The notes under the pieces: generated by a model | What the model saw: the letters and a program-made list of their open reading frames with translations, nothing else | What the model was told of the DNA's origin: nothing | Database searches by the model: none | Part shown: positions 34,101 through 42,400 of the stretch, one piece after another | Position numbering within the stretch: position 1 is the first letter of the stretch | How the letters are laid out: the number at the start of each line of letters is the position of its first letter | Source: Chitinophagales bacterium | GTDB lineage: Bacteria; Bacteroidota; Bacteroidia; Chitinophagales; Chitinophagaceae | NCBI GenBank assembly: GCA_038204535.1 | Contig: JBBRCW010000001.1 | Location: 14,619-78,618, forward strand | Reading direction: 5' to 3' | Length of the DNA stretch: 64,000 bases | Translations under genes and position numbers: made by a program

Positions 34101-36453
34101 TGGCGGCGATGGCCTTGCAAGGGGGTATTTAAATCGGGCGGATCTTACAATGGAGAAGTTCATACCGCACCCCTTTGATAATGGAGCGGCTAAAAGATTG
34201 TATAAAACCGCCGACCTGGGCAGATGGTTAGCCGATGGAAATATAGAATACCTTGGGAGGATTGACGACCAGGTAAAGATTAGGGGATATAGAATAGAGC
34301 CAGGCGAAATAGAGAATGTGCTGCAGCAGAACAGTATGGTTAACCAGGCTGCTGTGCAGGTAGTAACGGGCGACAATGGCAATAAAAGATTGGCTGCCTA
34401 TATAGTGCCGGGTAATGGTTTCGAAAAAGAAGCGCTTATAGCCTGGTTAACAGAAAGGCTGCCCGATTACATGCTGCCGCAAGCATGGGTATTGTTACAA
34501 CAAATGCCCCTGACTGCTAATGGCAAAACCGATCGCAAAGCGCTGCCGCCTTTTGAACAGCAGCCACACACTGGTGCCTATATTCGGCCGCAAACAGAAT
34601 TGCAAATGGCAATGGCCGCTATCTGGAGCGAATTGCTGGGCTTAGAACAGGTTGGATTAGACGATAACTTTTTTGAGCTGGGCGGAGATAGTATTCAAAC
34701 GATACAGGCCGTAAGCCGTGCCGGCCGCTTAGGTTATCGCATGCAGCCACGCGACATATTTATTCATCAAACCATAGGGCGTTTAAGTAAAGCGCTGGCA
34801 GACAGATCTGGCCAAAACATTACGGCCGAACAGGGCGAACTTAAGGGGCCTGCCGGTTTGCTGCCAATCCAACAATGGTTATTAAACAACAATACATCCG
34901 GTGTTTCGCACTTCAATCAGAGTGTGTTGCTGCAGATCAGCAAAAGTATTAGTGCCCAGGTTTTACAGCAGGTATTAAATGCGTTGCTCAGGCACCACGA
35001 TGCCTTGCGGTTCAGGTACGAAAACGAACAGGCAAAATGGCTGCAGGTTTATGGTGAGGTCCTGGGAAAGCTGTATATAGAAGACCTGAGAGAAGCACAA
35101 GATAGCAAGTTGGCTGTAGAGGAGGTTACCAACCGGTATCAGCAAAGCCTCGACATACAAAGAGGTGATTTGGTAAGAGTGGTATGGATGCGAATGCCGG
35201 AGGAAGGGAAAAATGAAGAACGAATAGTGAATAATGAAGAACTAATAGTGAACAGTGAAGAACGAATAGTGAATAATGAAGAACCTTCAACTCAAAACCC
35301 TCAGCCATCAACCATCAACGCTTCCGTCAACCGCCAACTGACAACTGACAACTCACAACTCACAACTGACAACTCCCAACTCAACACTCACCACGAAAAT
35401 CGCTTGCTGATCATCATTCATCATTTAGCGGTTGATGGTGTATCGTGGCGAATACTTTTAGAGGATATAGAATTGTTATTGGCTGCTGCTGAGAACAAAC
35501 AACAGGCATTACTTCCGCCAAAAACAAGCAGTTACCGCCAATGGTACCAGGCTTTGGAACTTTATAGCCAATCTAATAAGCTTTTGTTGCAGAAAGATTA
35601 TTGGCAGCAGGTAACTCAGTATAAAAGCAGCATAACCACCGATAGGTCATTTGAGGGAGTTATACAGGTAAAGGACCTTGTAAATCGGAAGGCAGTACTC
35701 GACGCGGAGAATACCAGGCAGTTATTGCAAGACATTCCACGGGTGTATCATACAGGTATAAACGATTTGTTATTGGCCGCACTGGCCCGCACTTTTAAAC
35801 AACAATTCAAAGCGCAAAAATTACTGATTGGTTTAGAGGGCCATGGCCGCGAAGACATAAGCCCCGATATTGATATTAGCCGTACGGTTGGGTGGTTCAC
35901 CAGCCTATACCCGGTACTACTCGATACAGAAAATTGCAGGGATGACGACCAGTTGATTAAAAGTGTAAAGGAACAGTTGCGTGCCATACCCGACAAAGGA
36001 CTCGGCTATGGCGTTTTAAAATATATTAATGGGGAGAAAGATTTACAAACAGATCCTTCGCAGGCGCAATGGGATGTATTATTCAATTACCTGGGCCAGT
36101 TAGACAATACAGCAGGCAGCAGTCCTTATTTGCTGGCAGCTTCGGAAAGTTCGGGTGCTGGCCGTGGTGAGGATATTGCTGTTGATGAAAAGATCTCATT
36201 GCTGTGTTTTGTAACCAATGGCCAGCTTGTTTTTAAATGGGATTATAGCCAGCGTCATTTTTCGCAAAACACGATCATCGCATTGGCTGGTCTTTATGTT
36301 GAAAATCTGAAGGCAATCATTTCGCATTGCAAATGGATAATGGCTAAGGGTGCCACCGTTTATACACCATCAGACTTTGGTTTATCCGGCGATGTTAGTG
36401 TAGAGGAGCTGGACAATTTTTTAGAAGAAGAGGACAATATTTTAAGTTTTTAA
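25126..36453 (+). CDS. NRPS subunit 3 (3775 aa): docking domain-[C-A8(Gly)-T]-[C-A9(Pro-clade)-T]-[C-A10(Asn)-T-E]
   Basis: TubC_N-like N-terminus. Codes: A8 DILQLGVIWK (Gly), A9 DPLYLAQVVK, A10 DATKVGEVGK (Asn). Third carrier is GGDSIQTIQ, followed by an E domain (HHLAVDGVSW, EGHGRE). Acidic tail YTPSDFGL...EELDNFLEEEDNILSF. Confidence 0.96.
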   Translation: MVSKVIDILQNARSKGVIVTFEDGELLVKFAKDHAVSPGLMAELKENKHAIIDFLSNDKWKSTKNDALQFHIKPADKTLLTCLPLSFSQERLLFIDALEGTLQYHLPAVFKISGNLNTGYLEKAFRQVVNRHEVLRTVIGKTKETWCQLISPQDEWFLNKTDLEIDSRQDEAIEEEIKKLIAKPFDLYKDPMLRANLVYLGADEYLLVVVVHHIAADGWSLGIIMSEVAEIFNALYLQKEAQLLPLPIQFADFAIWQRNYLQGDVLEKKLKYWTDKLNDVAPLQLPADFARPAIQSTRGNAETFEIDSPLVTSLQKLSIQQNNTLFVTLLAAFKLLLFRYSNQADICVGSPIAGRQQDELENLVGFFANTVALRSIVDPELSFVDWMQLVKTTTLQAFEHQEVPFEKIVEKVNIKRDLSRSPVFQVLFALQNIGGVAATGLTGAVLTGLSLPHSTSRFELSFNLTETANGLRVTVEYCTDLFKRQTIVRMSTHFLQLLHEVVNNPAQKIAHINLLPDAERQQLLRDFNSTEKALPGIQTICGMFEQQVAATPNAIACVFEDSQINYAELNGRANQLAHYLQFRGVGSETLVPICIERGISLMVGLLAILKTGAAFVPVDPEFPAERIQFMVEDSAAKLIVTSAQSRGRLPQTNTAAIIDLEALQDTLNQQPAENLSTVVSPGSLAYIIHTSGSTGKPKGVMVEHRSVVNLLMAMAERIDFNACSSFLSVTTYSFDICYLEVFMPLVFGAKLFIVPRHVSADGFLLQNSLSKFSPTHMQATPSTWQMLVSSDWQNSGEMKMLIGGEAVKEEIKESLTRLGNVWNVYGPTETTIWSATQKLEQGEKIVIGSPIDNTQIYILDRNNNLAGIGLPGEICIAGIGLARGYLNRPDLTAERFVINPLADAGGAIMYRTGDLGKWLPNGTIEYIERIDDQVKIRGYRIELGEIENVLQQSGLVKQVVVAAKQDFAGNNMLVGYFIAAGKVDKDELISYLKEKLPEYMVPGLWYELESFPLTPNGKINRKALPDVDLKGISQQVYSAPANELEIQLANIWQSFLGLDAIGVHDNFFELGGHSLLAMQVIASIRKNLGIEISLREIFIHSTIFDLAKTTKQKKDQTAVVKITLAERPQHIPLSFSQERLWFIDRLEGTLPYHLPAVLRLTGNLNADALEQAFKTVIARHEILRTIYLDDQGQPYQLVKDTSGFLLAYNKDLRSTLPQDWLSLIANIVSRPFDLTKDDMLRGELIQLNDQEHLLVVVLHHIAADGWSIQLFVSEVASLYKQYSTAQPANLPALPFQYADYAVWQRSYLQGHILENKLAYWKNKLTGTEPLQLPIDHVRPVVQTSLGGVESYSLPDDLVNGVWNINRKNGVTTFISILSVIKILLHRYCSQSDICIGTPVANRNLPGLEDLIGFFVNTLALRTQVDAGDSYDQLLQKVKTTVLEAFDYQEVPFEKVVEAVVKKRDLSRSPLFQVLFVMRTSKGGQAFDTGELQISNEPFEQSTAMFDLIFYLTETGTGMHLAIEYRKDIFKPDTIQRMVIHFNELLTGIIMDTGQMLGNLSMLTGVEKRQLLINFNDTGAAYPANKRIEHFFEEQVLLQPNATAVVFNDEELTYKQLNQKANQLAHYLQGKGVKANTLVPLFLERGFNMVVAVMAILKAGGAYVPVDPEYPAERIAFMLQEVESPFILSTRQSKSLLQPMTNAQIIDLDEEEVFEKQPISNPIKEYVPNDIGYILYTSGSTGRPKGAFMPVGALVNLLHWQQQQFAPGHRNVLQFATLNFDPSFLEIFGTLGYGGTLFLIDGERRKDVAELVADFKRFRITHFYTPYVVLKAIAEYMGDRGAELTDMKEYLVAGEQLKMNEELINFLQKSNAVLTNQYGPTEGHVVSSFTFRQYSNVPLLPPIGKPIYNTQLYILNDCLQPVPVGVTGDLFIGGVPSLAGYIKQPKLMTEKFINDPFSDIENARLYKTGDVAKWLPDGNIDFLGRKDDQVKIRGFRIELGEIESVLLQCDEVNQAAVLAKEDRNGNKRLICYVVSNTKFEQDTLVRYLKQKLPDYMVPSLWVPMQTLPVNKSGKIDKRSLPEPDLNNLFDNQYTAPRNPAENALAEIWKNLLKVERVGVYDNFFELGGHSLLATRLVSAIRIKLQAELSIRDLFMHPVIAELAELIKTQNTETLLPPLQPMERPLHLPLSFSQERLWFIDQLNGSVAYHLPSVISLTGNLQLQALQFALKTLIDRHQVLRTVFPGIDGKPSQVVMDSDDWQMSVIDMPATDKENANLHVLTARLIQQPFDLSKDFMLRATVIKKSETDHLLVINIHHIATDGWSVPIIVKEISELYLAFIERREPLLPLLPVQYADFAIWQRNILQGAFLETKLQYWKQKLQGAETLQLHEDYTRPALQSYTGASIEGAVSKEITDGLQQLSLQHDSTLFMTLLAAFKILLHKYSGQKDICVGTPIANRTTQETESLVGNFINLLAIRSHVEPDEAFTAFLKQEKDETLQAYEHQEVPFEKVIEAVMPERDVSRSPLFQVMLVLQNFEEAPALSLGDMQLSVQRYSHESTKYDITLFAVEGKDGLRLTIEYCSALYKESSISRLFENYMRLLGNIAARPDQKIKDICLLNAQEKQGLLYFGSGAKVILPQSKTVVTLFEEQAAKSEDAVALIFNDQSISYRLLNEQANLLARQLIKAGAGAETLVPICTSEGPEMIIGILGILKAGAAYVPIDPALPAERILFILKDTGAEILVVNSAALKSIPPSLALHIINIDTMRSAGAAEEISNLNANISLQQLAYVIYTSGSTGTPKGVLLQHGNLLNYLLNSKTRYILNNPDGAGSFVHLSYTFDASLTAIFMPLVEGRPIVIASKQYADVFEDPNFHINAPYDFIKVTPAHLPLLFNRFRTETGKIVTNKIVVGGEALQLSQLQVLQDETLAVEVINEYGPTEATVGCSTFNFLRSHIDEKEKSISIGKPIDNVEIFILDDELQPMPIGIAGEICIGGDGLARGYLNRADLTMEKFIPHPFDNGAAKRLYKTADLGRWLADGNIEYLGRIDDQVKIRGYRIEPGEIENVLQQNSMVNQAAVQVVTGDNGNKRLAAYIVPGNGFEKEALIAWLTERLPDYMLPQAWVLLQQMPLTANGKTDRKALPPFEQQPHTGAYIRPQTELQMAMAAIWSELLGLEQVGLDDNFFELGGDSIQTIQAVSRAGRLGYRMQPRDIFIHQTIGRLSKALADRSGQNITAEQGELKGPAGLLPIQQWLLNNNTSGVSHFNQSVLLQISKSISAQVLQQVLNALLRHHDALRFRYENEQAKWLQVYGEVLGKLYIEDLREAQDSKLAVEEVTNRYQQSLDIQRGDLVRVVWMRMPEEGKNEERIVNNEELIVNSEERIVNNEEPSTQNPQPSTINASVNRQLTTDNSQLTTDNSQLNTHHENRLLIIIHHLAVDGVSWRILLEDIELLLAAAENKQQALLPPKTSSYRQWYQALELYSQSNKLLLQKDYWQQVTQYKSSITTDRSFEGVIQVKDLVNRKAVLDAENTRQLLQDIPRVYHTGINDLLLAALARTFKQQFKAQKLLIGLEGHGREDISPDIDISRTVGWFTSLYPVLLDTENCRDDDQLIKSVKEQLRAIPDKGLGYGVLKYINGEKDLQTDPSQAQWDVLFNYLGQLDNTAGSSPYLLAASESSGAGRGEDIAVDEKISLLCFVTNGQLVFKWDYSQRHFSQNTIIALAGLYVENLKAIISHCKWIMAKGATVYTPSDFGLSGDVSVEELDNFLEEEDNILSF
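35206..35397 (+). repeat. In-frame bipartite tandem-repeat insertion in E domain 2 (about 64 aa)
   Basis: About four 21-nt VN(S/N)EE(R/L)I units, a ccatcaa heptamer spacer, then actgaca/actcaca heptamers (LTTDNSQ). Same position as in E1. Confidence 0.93.
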
Positions 36454-36467
36454 AAGAAGAAAATTGT

Positions 36468-39400
36468 ATGGGTATTCAGGAATTTATAGAGCATTTACGG
36501 CAAAACCAATTTTCTTTAATTGCTGACAACGATAAATTGTTATTAAAGGGAGATAAGCGCAAAACGCCCGGTGAAAAAGGCGCACCGATCAACCCCGGTG
36601 ATTTTATAGTTAACTACATTAAGTCAAATAAGCAAGCGCTCATTGAATATTTATCGGACACCACAAGCGATATTTTACAGCAGAAAAATACCAGGAACAT
36701 TGAATCTATGTACCGGTTAAGCGGGCTGCAGCAAGGTATGTTGTTTCATGGTTTGTACGATGCTGGTGTGAAGACATACACCAACCAGTTTTTTTGCGAT
36801 ATAAAAAATGTTCAATTAGATGTTTTTAAAAAGAGCTGGGCTGTTGTATTAGACCGATATACTATTTTAAGAAGCGCCTTTTTTTACGATACGTTTAAGG
36901 TTCCTGTTCAGTGCGTTTTCAGGCAAGTGGAAATGCCGGTAGAGGTAATTGATGTAAGTGATAAAAACGACGCAAGCATTGATGCGCTTTTTCAGGAGTA
37001 CCTTGAAACCGATCGAAACAAAGGATTTGATTTTAAAGCGCCCCCTTTAATGAGGGTAACTTTATTTAAGAAAGACAGCGGAACTTTTAAAATGTTGTGG
37101 ACATTTCACCATCTTTTGTTCGATGGCTGGTCTTTGCCGGTTATTATTGGCGAGTTATTAAAGACCTACGAAATACTTGTTTCGGGCGGGGAGGTAAATC
37201 GCGACGTTGATCATTTTAGAGACTATATCAACTACCTTGACCAGATTGACAGGGAGCTGGAAAAAAAGTATTGGGTAAACTATTTAAAAGGATTGGAATA
37301 CGGCACTGTAATGCCGTTTGCCAGTGCGGCACAAGATCGCAACAAAGGGGCCGGATTGTATAAAACGAATTCGGTAAATCTAAACGTTAATGAAACTGCC
37401 GGGATCATTGCCTTTGTTCAAAAAAATAAAATAACCGTCAATACTTTAATGCAGGGCGTTTGGGCCAGCCTGCTTCATCAATATACCGGCAATAAGCAGG
37501 TTGTTTTTGGTGTAATCGTTTCCGGACGGCCCGAAGATCTTTCGGATGTTGAACAGCGGGTAGGCATGTATATCAACACGCTGCCATTAAAGGCTGTTTT
37601 TGATGATGAACAAACGATTAGCGGGTGGCTGCAGCAGCTTCAGCGCGAACAGATTTCTTCAAGACAATTTCAATATACACCGTTACAGAAAATAAAAGAA
37701 TGGTCGGGGCTAAAAGATGAATTGTTTGACAGTTTACTGGTATTCGAAAATTATCCCGTCAGTGAACTGTTATCATCAAAAAAATGGGCTATCGGGTTCG
37801 ACAATATTTCTTTTAAAGAAAATACAAATTTCCCGTTCACTATTCTCGTTTCGCAGTCAAGCCAGATAAATATATCCTTCAGTTATAATGCTGATATAAT
37901 TGGTGATAATGATGCTGCGGCTATCCGCAATCACTTTACCACCCTGCTTCAAAATTTAGTGCTGAATTCAAACCAGCCGCCGGGGTCGCTGTCGTTGCTT
38001 TCAGATAGTGAGCGGCGGCAAATACTGCATGATTTTCAGGGAAGGAAAGCCTTATTTAAAAAAGAGAGCCTGGTAACTTTATTCGAACAGCAGGTTGCTG
38101 TTTCCTTGAGCAAGCCCGCAATTATAAGCGGAGATCGAACGATTACGTATCAGGAACTAAATGAACGGGCAAACCGTCTCGGTCATTATTTGCAAAGCCT
38201 TGGCGCAAAAAAAGATAGCCTGGTTCCTGTTTTTATGGATCGGGATATAGAAATGGTTGTAGCCTTGTTAGCCATTTTAAAATGCGGTGCGGCGTATGTG
38301 CCGGTAGATGTAAGCTATCCGCAGCAAAGGGTAGATTACATGATCAAAGACAGCGGCGCTGCATGGGTACTTTGCAGCACAACTGTCAGCGACCGGCTGC
38401 AGCATATAGAAGGCGTTCAGGTGATTGAGATTGATAAAGAAGTACAATTTAATCTTCACCCGATAAGCGACCTGCATTTAACCATCAGCCTGCATGATCT
38501 GGCTTATGTAATGTACACCTCTGGCAGCACCGGCCAGCCAAAGGGAGTGATGATAGAACATAAAAGCGTCAGTACATTTATACAATGGTGTCACCAGGAG
38601 TTTGCGCAATCCGACATTGAAACGGTATATGGCGGCACGTCAGTTTGTTTCGATCTTTCGGTGTTTGAAATTTTCTTTAGCCTGACCGCCGGTAAAAGAC
38701 TGCGCATCTTACAAAACGGCCTGCAGGCTGCTGCTTACCTGCAGACCGACCAAAAAGTCTTGCTCAACAGCGTTCCTTCGGTCATAGAAAGTTTACTAAA
38801 AGAGCAGGCCGGCTTCAGCAATGTAACGGTCATAAATATGGCTGGCGAACCAGTACCTGTTTACGTTCAGCAACACCTGGACCAGGACCGGATTGAGGTG
38901 CGTAATTTATATGGCCCCACAGAAGATACTACCTACAGTACTGTGTACCGTATGCGCAAAGGGCAGCCGCTGTACATAGGCAAACCAATAGCCAATACAA
39001 ATGTGTTTATAGTAAACCCACAGATGCAATTGTTGCCGCCGGGTATCGCCGGCGAGATTTGTATTGGAGGCGATGGCCTTGCCAGGGGATATTTGAACAG
39101 GGAAGACCTTACGAAAGAAAAATTTCTACCAAATTCTTTTTACAATGAATTAAAGGAAAGACTATATAAGACCGGCGATTTGGGGCGCTGGTTACCTGAC
39201 GGAAATATTGAATACCTGGGCAGAAAAGACGACCAGGTAAAAATACGCGGCTACCGGATAGAGTTGGGCGAGATAGAAAGCGTGTTGCAACAAAACGAAT
39301 CGATAAGCCAGGCAGCAGTCCTGGCAATTGCCAGCGATCAGGGCTCCAGGTTATTGGCAGCCTATGTAGTGCCCGCAGCAGGATATAACAAAGAACAGTT

Positions 39401-42400
39401 AGGAGCGTGGCTTGGCGAAAGATTACCCCAGTATATGATACCGCAAGTGTGGGTAACATTACAAAGCCTGCCCTTAACCCCCAATGGAAAAATTGACCGA
39501 AGGGCTCTTGCGGAAATTGAACACAACCAATTGACCGGATACAGTACAAAATACAAGGCGCCTCAGACTAAATTCGAAATAGAGACTGCAGCCATATGGG
39601 GCGAACTTTTGGGCAGAGAGCAAGTAGGTTCAGAGGACAATTTTTTCGAGTTGGGCGGCGACAGTATATTAACCATACAGGCAGTAAGCCGCACCAACAG
39701 GCTGGGCTACCACCTGCAGCCCAAAGACATTTTTGAGCACCAAACAATCAGGCGCCTGGGCAAAGCGCTCGCCGACAGAAAAGCCGCCGCCATTACAGGT
39801 GAACAGGGACGCCTGGAAGGTTTTTCGGGGCTGTTGCCCATACAGCAGGAGTTTTTGAATAGTGAACATATTGAGCCATCGCATTATAACCAAAGTGTGC
39901 TTTTAAGTATCAGCCAAAGTGTTGATAAAGACACGCTGCAGCAGGCGGCGGAGCTATTGTTGCAGCATCATGATGCACTTAGGTTCCGCTATTTTCAGCA
40001 GGATGGACACTGGAAGCAATCGTATGGCGATGCCACAGGAAAATTATATACGGAAGACATAAGAAACGCAGGCAATCCCTCCACCGCTATCAACGAGATA
40101 GCCAACCGCTACCATCGCACGCTGGATATTGCGAAGGGCGACCTCGTAAGGCTGGTTTTGATTCAAATGCAGGAGGAAGTGAACAGTGAAGAATCATTAA
40201 TGAATAGTGAAGAACGAATAGTGAATAATGAAGAATCATTAGTGAATAGTGAAGAGCGAATAGTGAATAGTGAAGAAGGAGCATCTCTAAGCAATCGCCA
40301 ACTCACAACTCACAACTCACAACTCACAACTCACAACTCACCACTCACCACCACTCACATCTCACCACTCACAACTCACCACTCACCACTCACATCTCAC
40401 CACAAAAATCGTCTGCTGATTATCATCCATCATTTAGCGGTAGATGGCGTTTCGTGGCGCATAATGCTTCAAGACCTGGAAATATTACTGCATGCCGCGG
40501 AAAAAGGGCAACTGCTAAAGGCAAACCTGCTGGGTGCCAAAACGAGCAGTTACCGGCAATGGTTTACCGCGCTGGAGCAATATGGCCAAAGCAAAAGGGT
40601 ACTTAACCAGGCCGGCTTTTGGAAACAGGTGAAAAGTCACCAAAGCCGTTTGCCCACCGATTCAACCTTTGACGGAGTAATAAAAGTAAAAGACCTCGGC
40701 CACTGCCAGGTAACCTTTGACGCCGATAAAACAAAGAGCCTGCTGCAAGACATCCCCAAAGTGTACCAAACCGGAATGAACGATTTATTGTTAGCTGCAC
40801 TTGCCCGCACCTTTAGCCAGCAGCGGCAAACCCGCCAACTGCTGATTGGTTTAGAAGGTCATGGCAGACAAGAGATTGCTGAAGGTATTGATACCAGCCA
40901 TACAGTCGGCTGGTTTACCAGTTTATATCCCCTTTTGCTCGATACCGAAAATTGTACAAACGACGACCAGTTAATAAAAGCGGTTAAGGAACAGTTACGT
41001 GCCATACCCGGCAAAGGGCTTGGTTATGGTGTGCTTAAATATATCAGCAAAGAGGATGCGCTGAAAGGCAATGAACAATACGACATTTTGTTCAATTACC
41101 TGGGCCAGTTAGATAATGTAGTAACAAGCAGCCGTTTCTTTAGCGCGGCGCCCGAAAGCACCGGGCAGGGTAGAAGTCCGGAAATGGTAGTCAAAGAAAA
41201 GATATCACTGAGCGGCCATGTTTCCGATGGTCGTCTGGTACTTAATTGGAGCTACAGTAAAAAACATTTTGAGGAAGCCACTATCCAAAATATAGCTGAA
41301 AGCTACCTGGGCCACCTGGCGGATATTTTGCAGCATTGCCAAAACCAGGGCCGCGTTTGCACCCCGTCCGATTTTGGTATTGCTAAAGAAGTAAGTTATA
41401 CTGAACTCGACGCCTTTTTACAAACTGAAGTGAACGGCCGGCCGCTTGGCACCCAATTCGAAAGCCTCTGCCGGTTAAGTGGTTTGCAGCAAGGCATGCT
41501 TTTCCACAGCCTGTATGGTGCCAATGGAACTGCGTATGTGCAGCAGCTTAGCTGTTTGCTGCATAATGCGGATATAACAGCGTTCAGGGCAGCATGGCAG
41601 CAAGTAGTGGATCGCCACAGTATTTTACGTACCGCGTTTTTCGCCAGTTCTTTGCCTATACCTGTTCAGGTAGTAATGAAAAATGTATTTGTAAATGTGG
41701 ATGAAAAAGACCTGACACATCTTGCGGAACAGGAACAACAAAATTCCATTGTTGCTTTTGAACAGGCCGACAGACAGCAAGGCTTTCGTTTTGACGAAGC
41801 ACCGCTAATGCGGCTTACATTATTAAAGGTTAAAGGTGGCCACCAAATGGTGTGGACTTATCATCACCTGGTGAGCGATGGTTGGTCGCTGCCAGTAATG
41901 ATGCAGGAATTTCTCCAGAATTACGATCAGCACCGGGCAGGTTTTCACTTAGCGGGGGAACTTCAAATGGAGGACCGTTACGAAGATTACATACATTTCA
42001 TAAATAACACTGACGAAGAAGGAGAAGAAAATTACTGGCGTCATTACCTGCAAAGCGCTGACGGGCCAACGCTGCTGCCTTTTATTAGCTCATCGTCTGA
42101 CCGCAATAAAACCGAAGGCCAATACGTAAATGAGCACCTGCGGTTAGATGCCGATGCCAGTGCCCTTGTTCATCGCTATGCCAGGCAGCATCGCCTTACA
42201 GTTAATACCATTATGCAAGGCGTTTGGTCCTTTTTGTTAAGCCGGTACACAGGCAACGCTCATGTAACCTATGGCATTGTCGTCTCGGGCCGTCCCGACA
42301 GTTTGCCCGAAGTGGAGAACCGCGTTGGTTTGTATATTAATACGCTTCCGTTGCATGCCGCCGTACCGGCAGATGCCGGTATAGCCCAATGGCTAAACGA

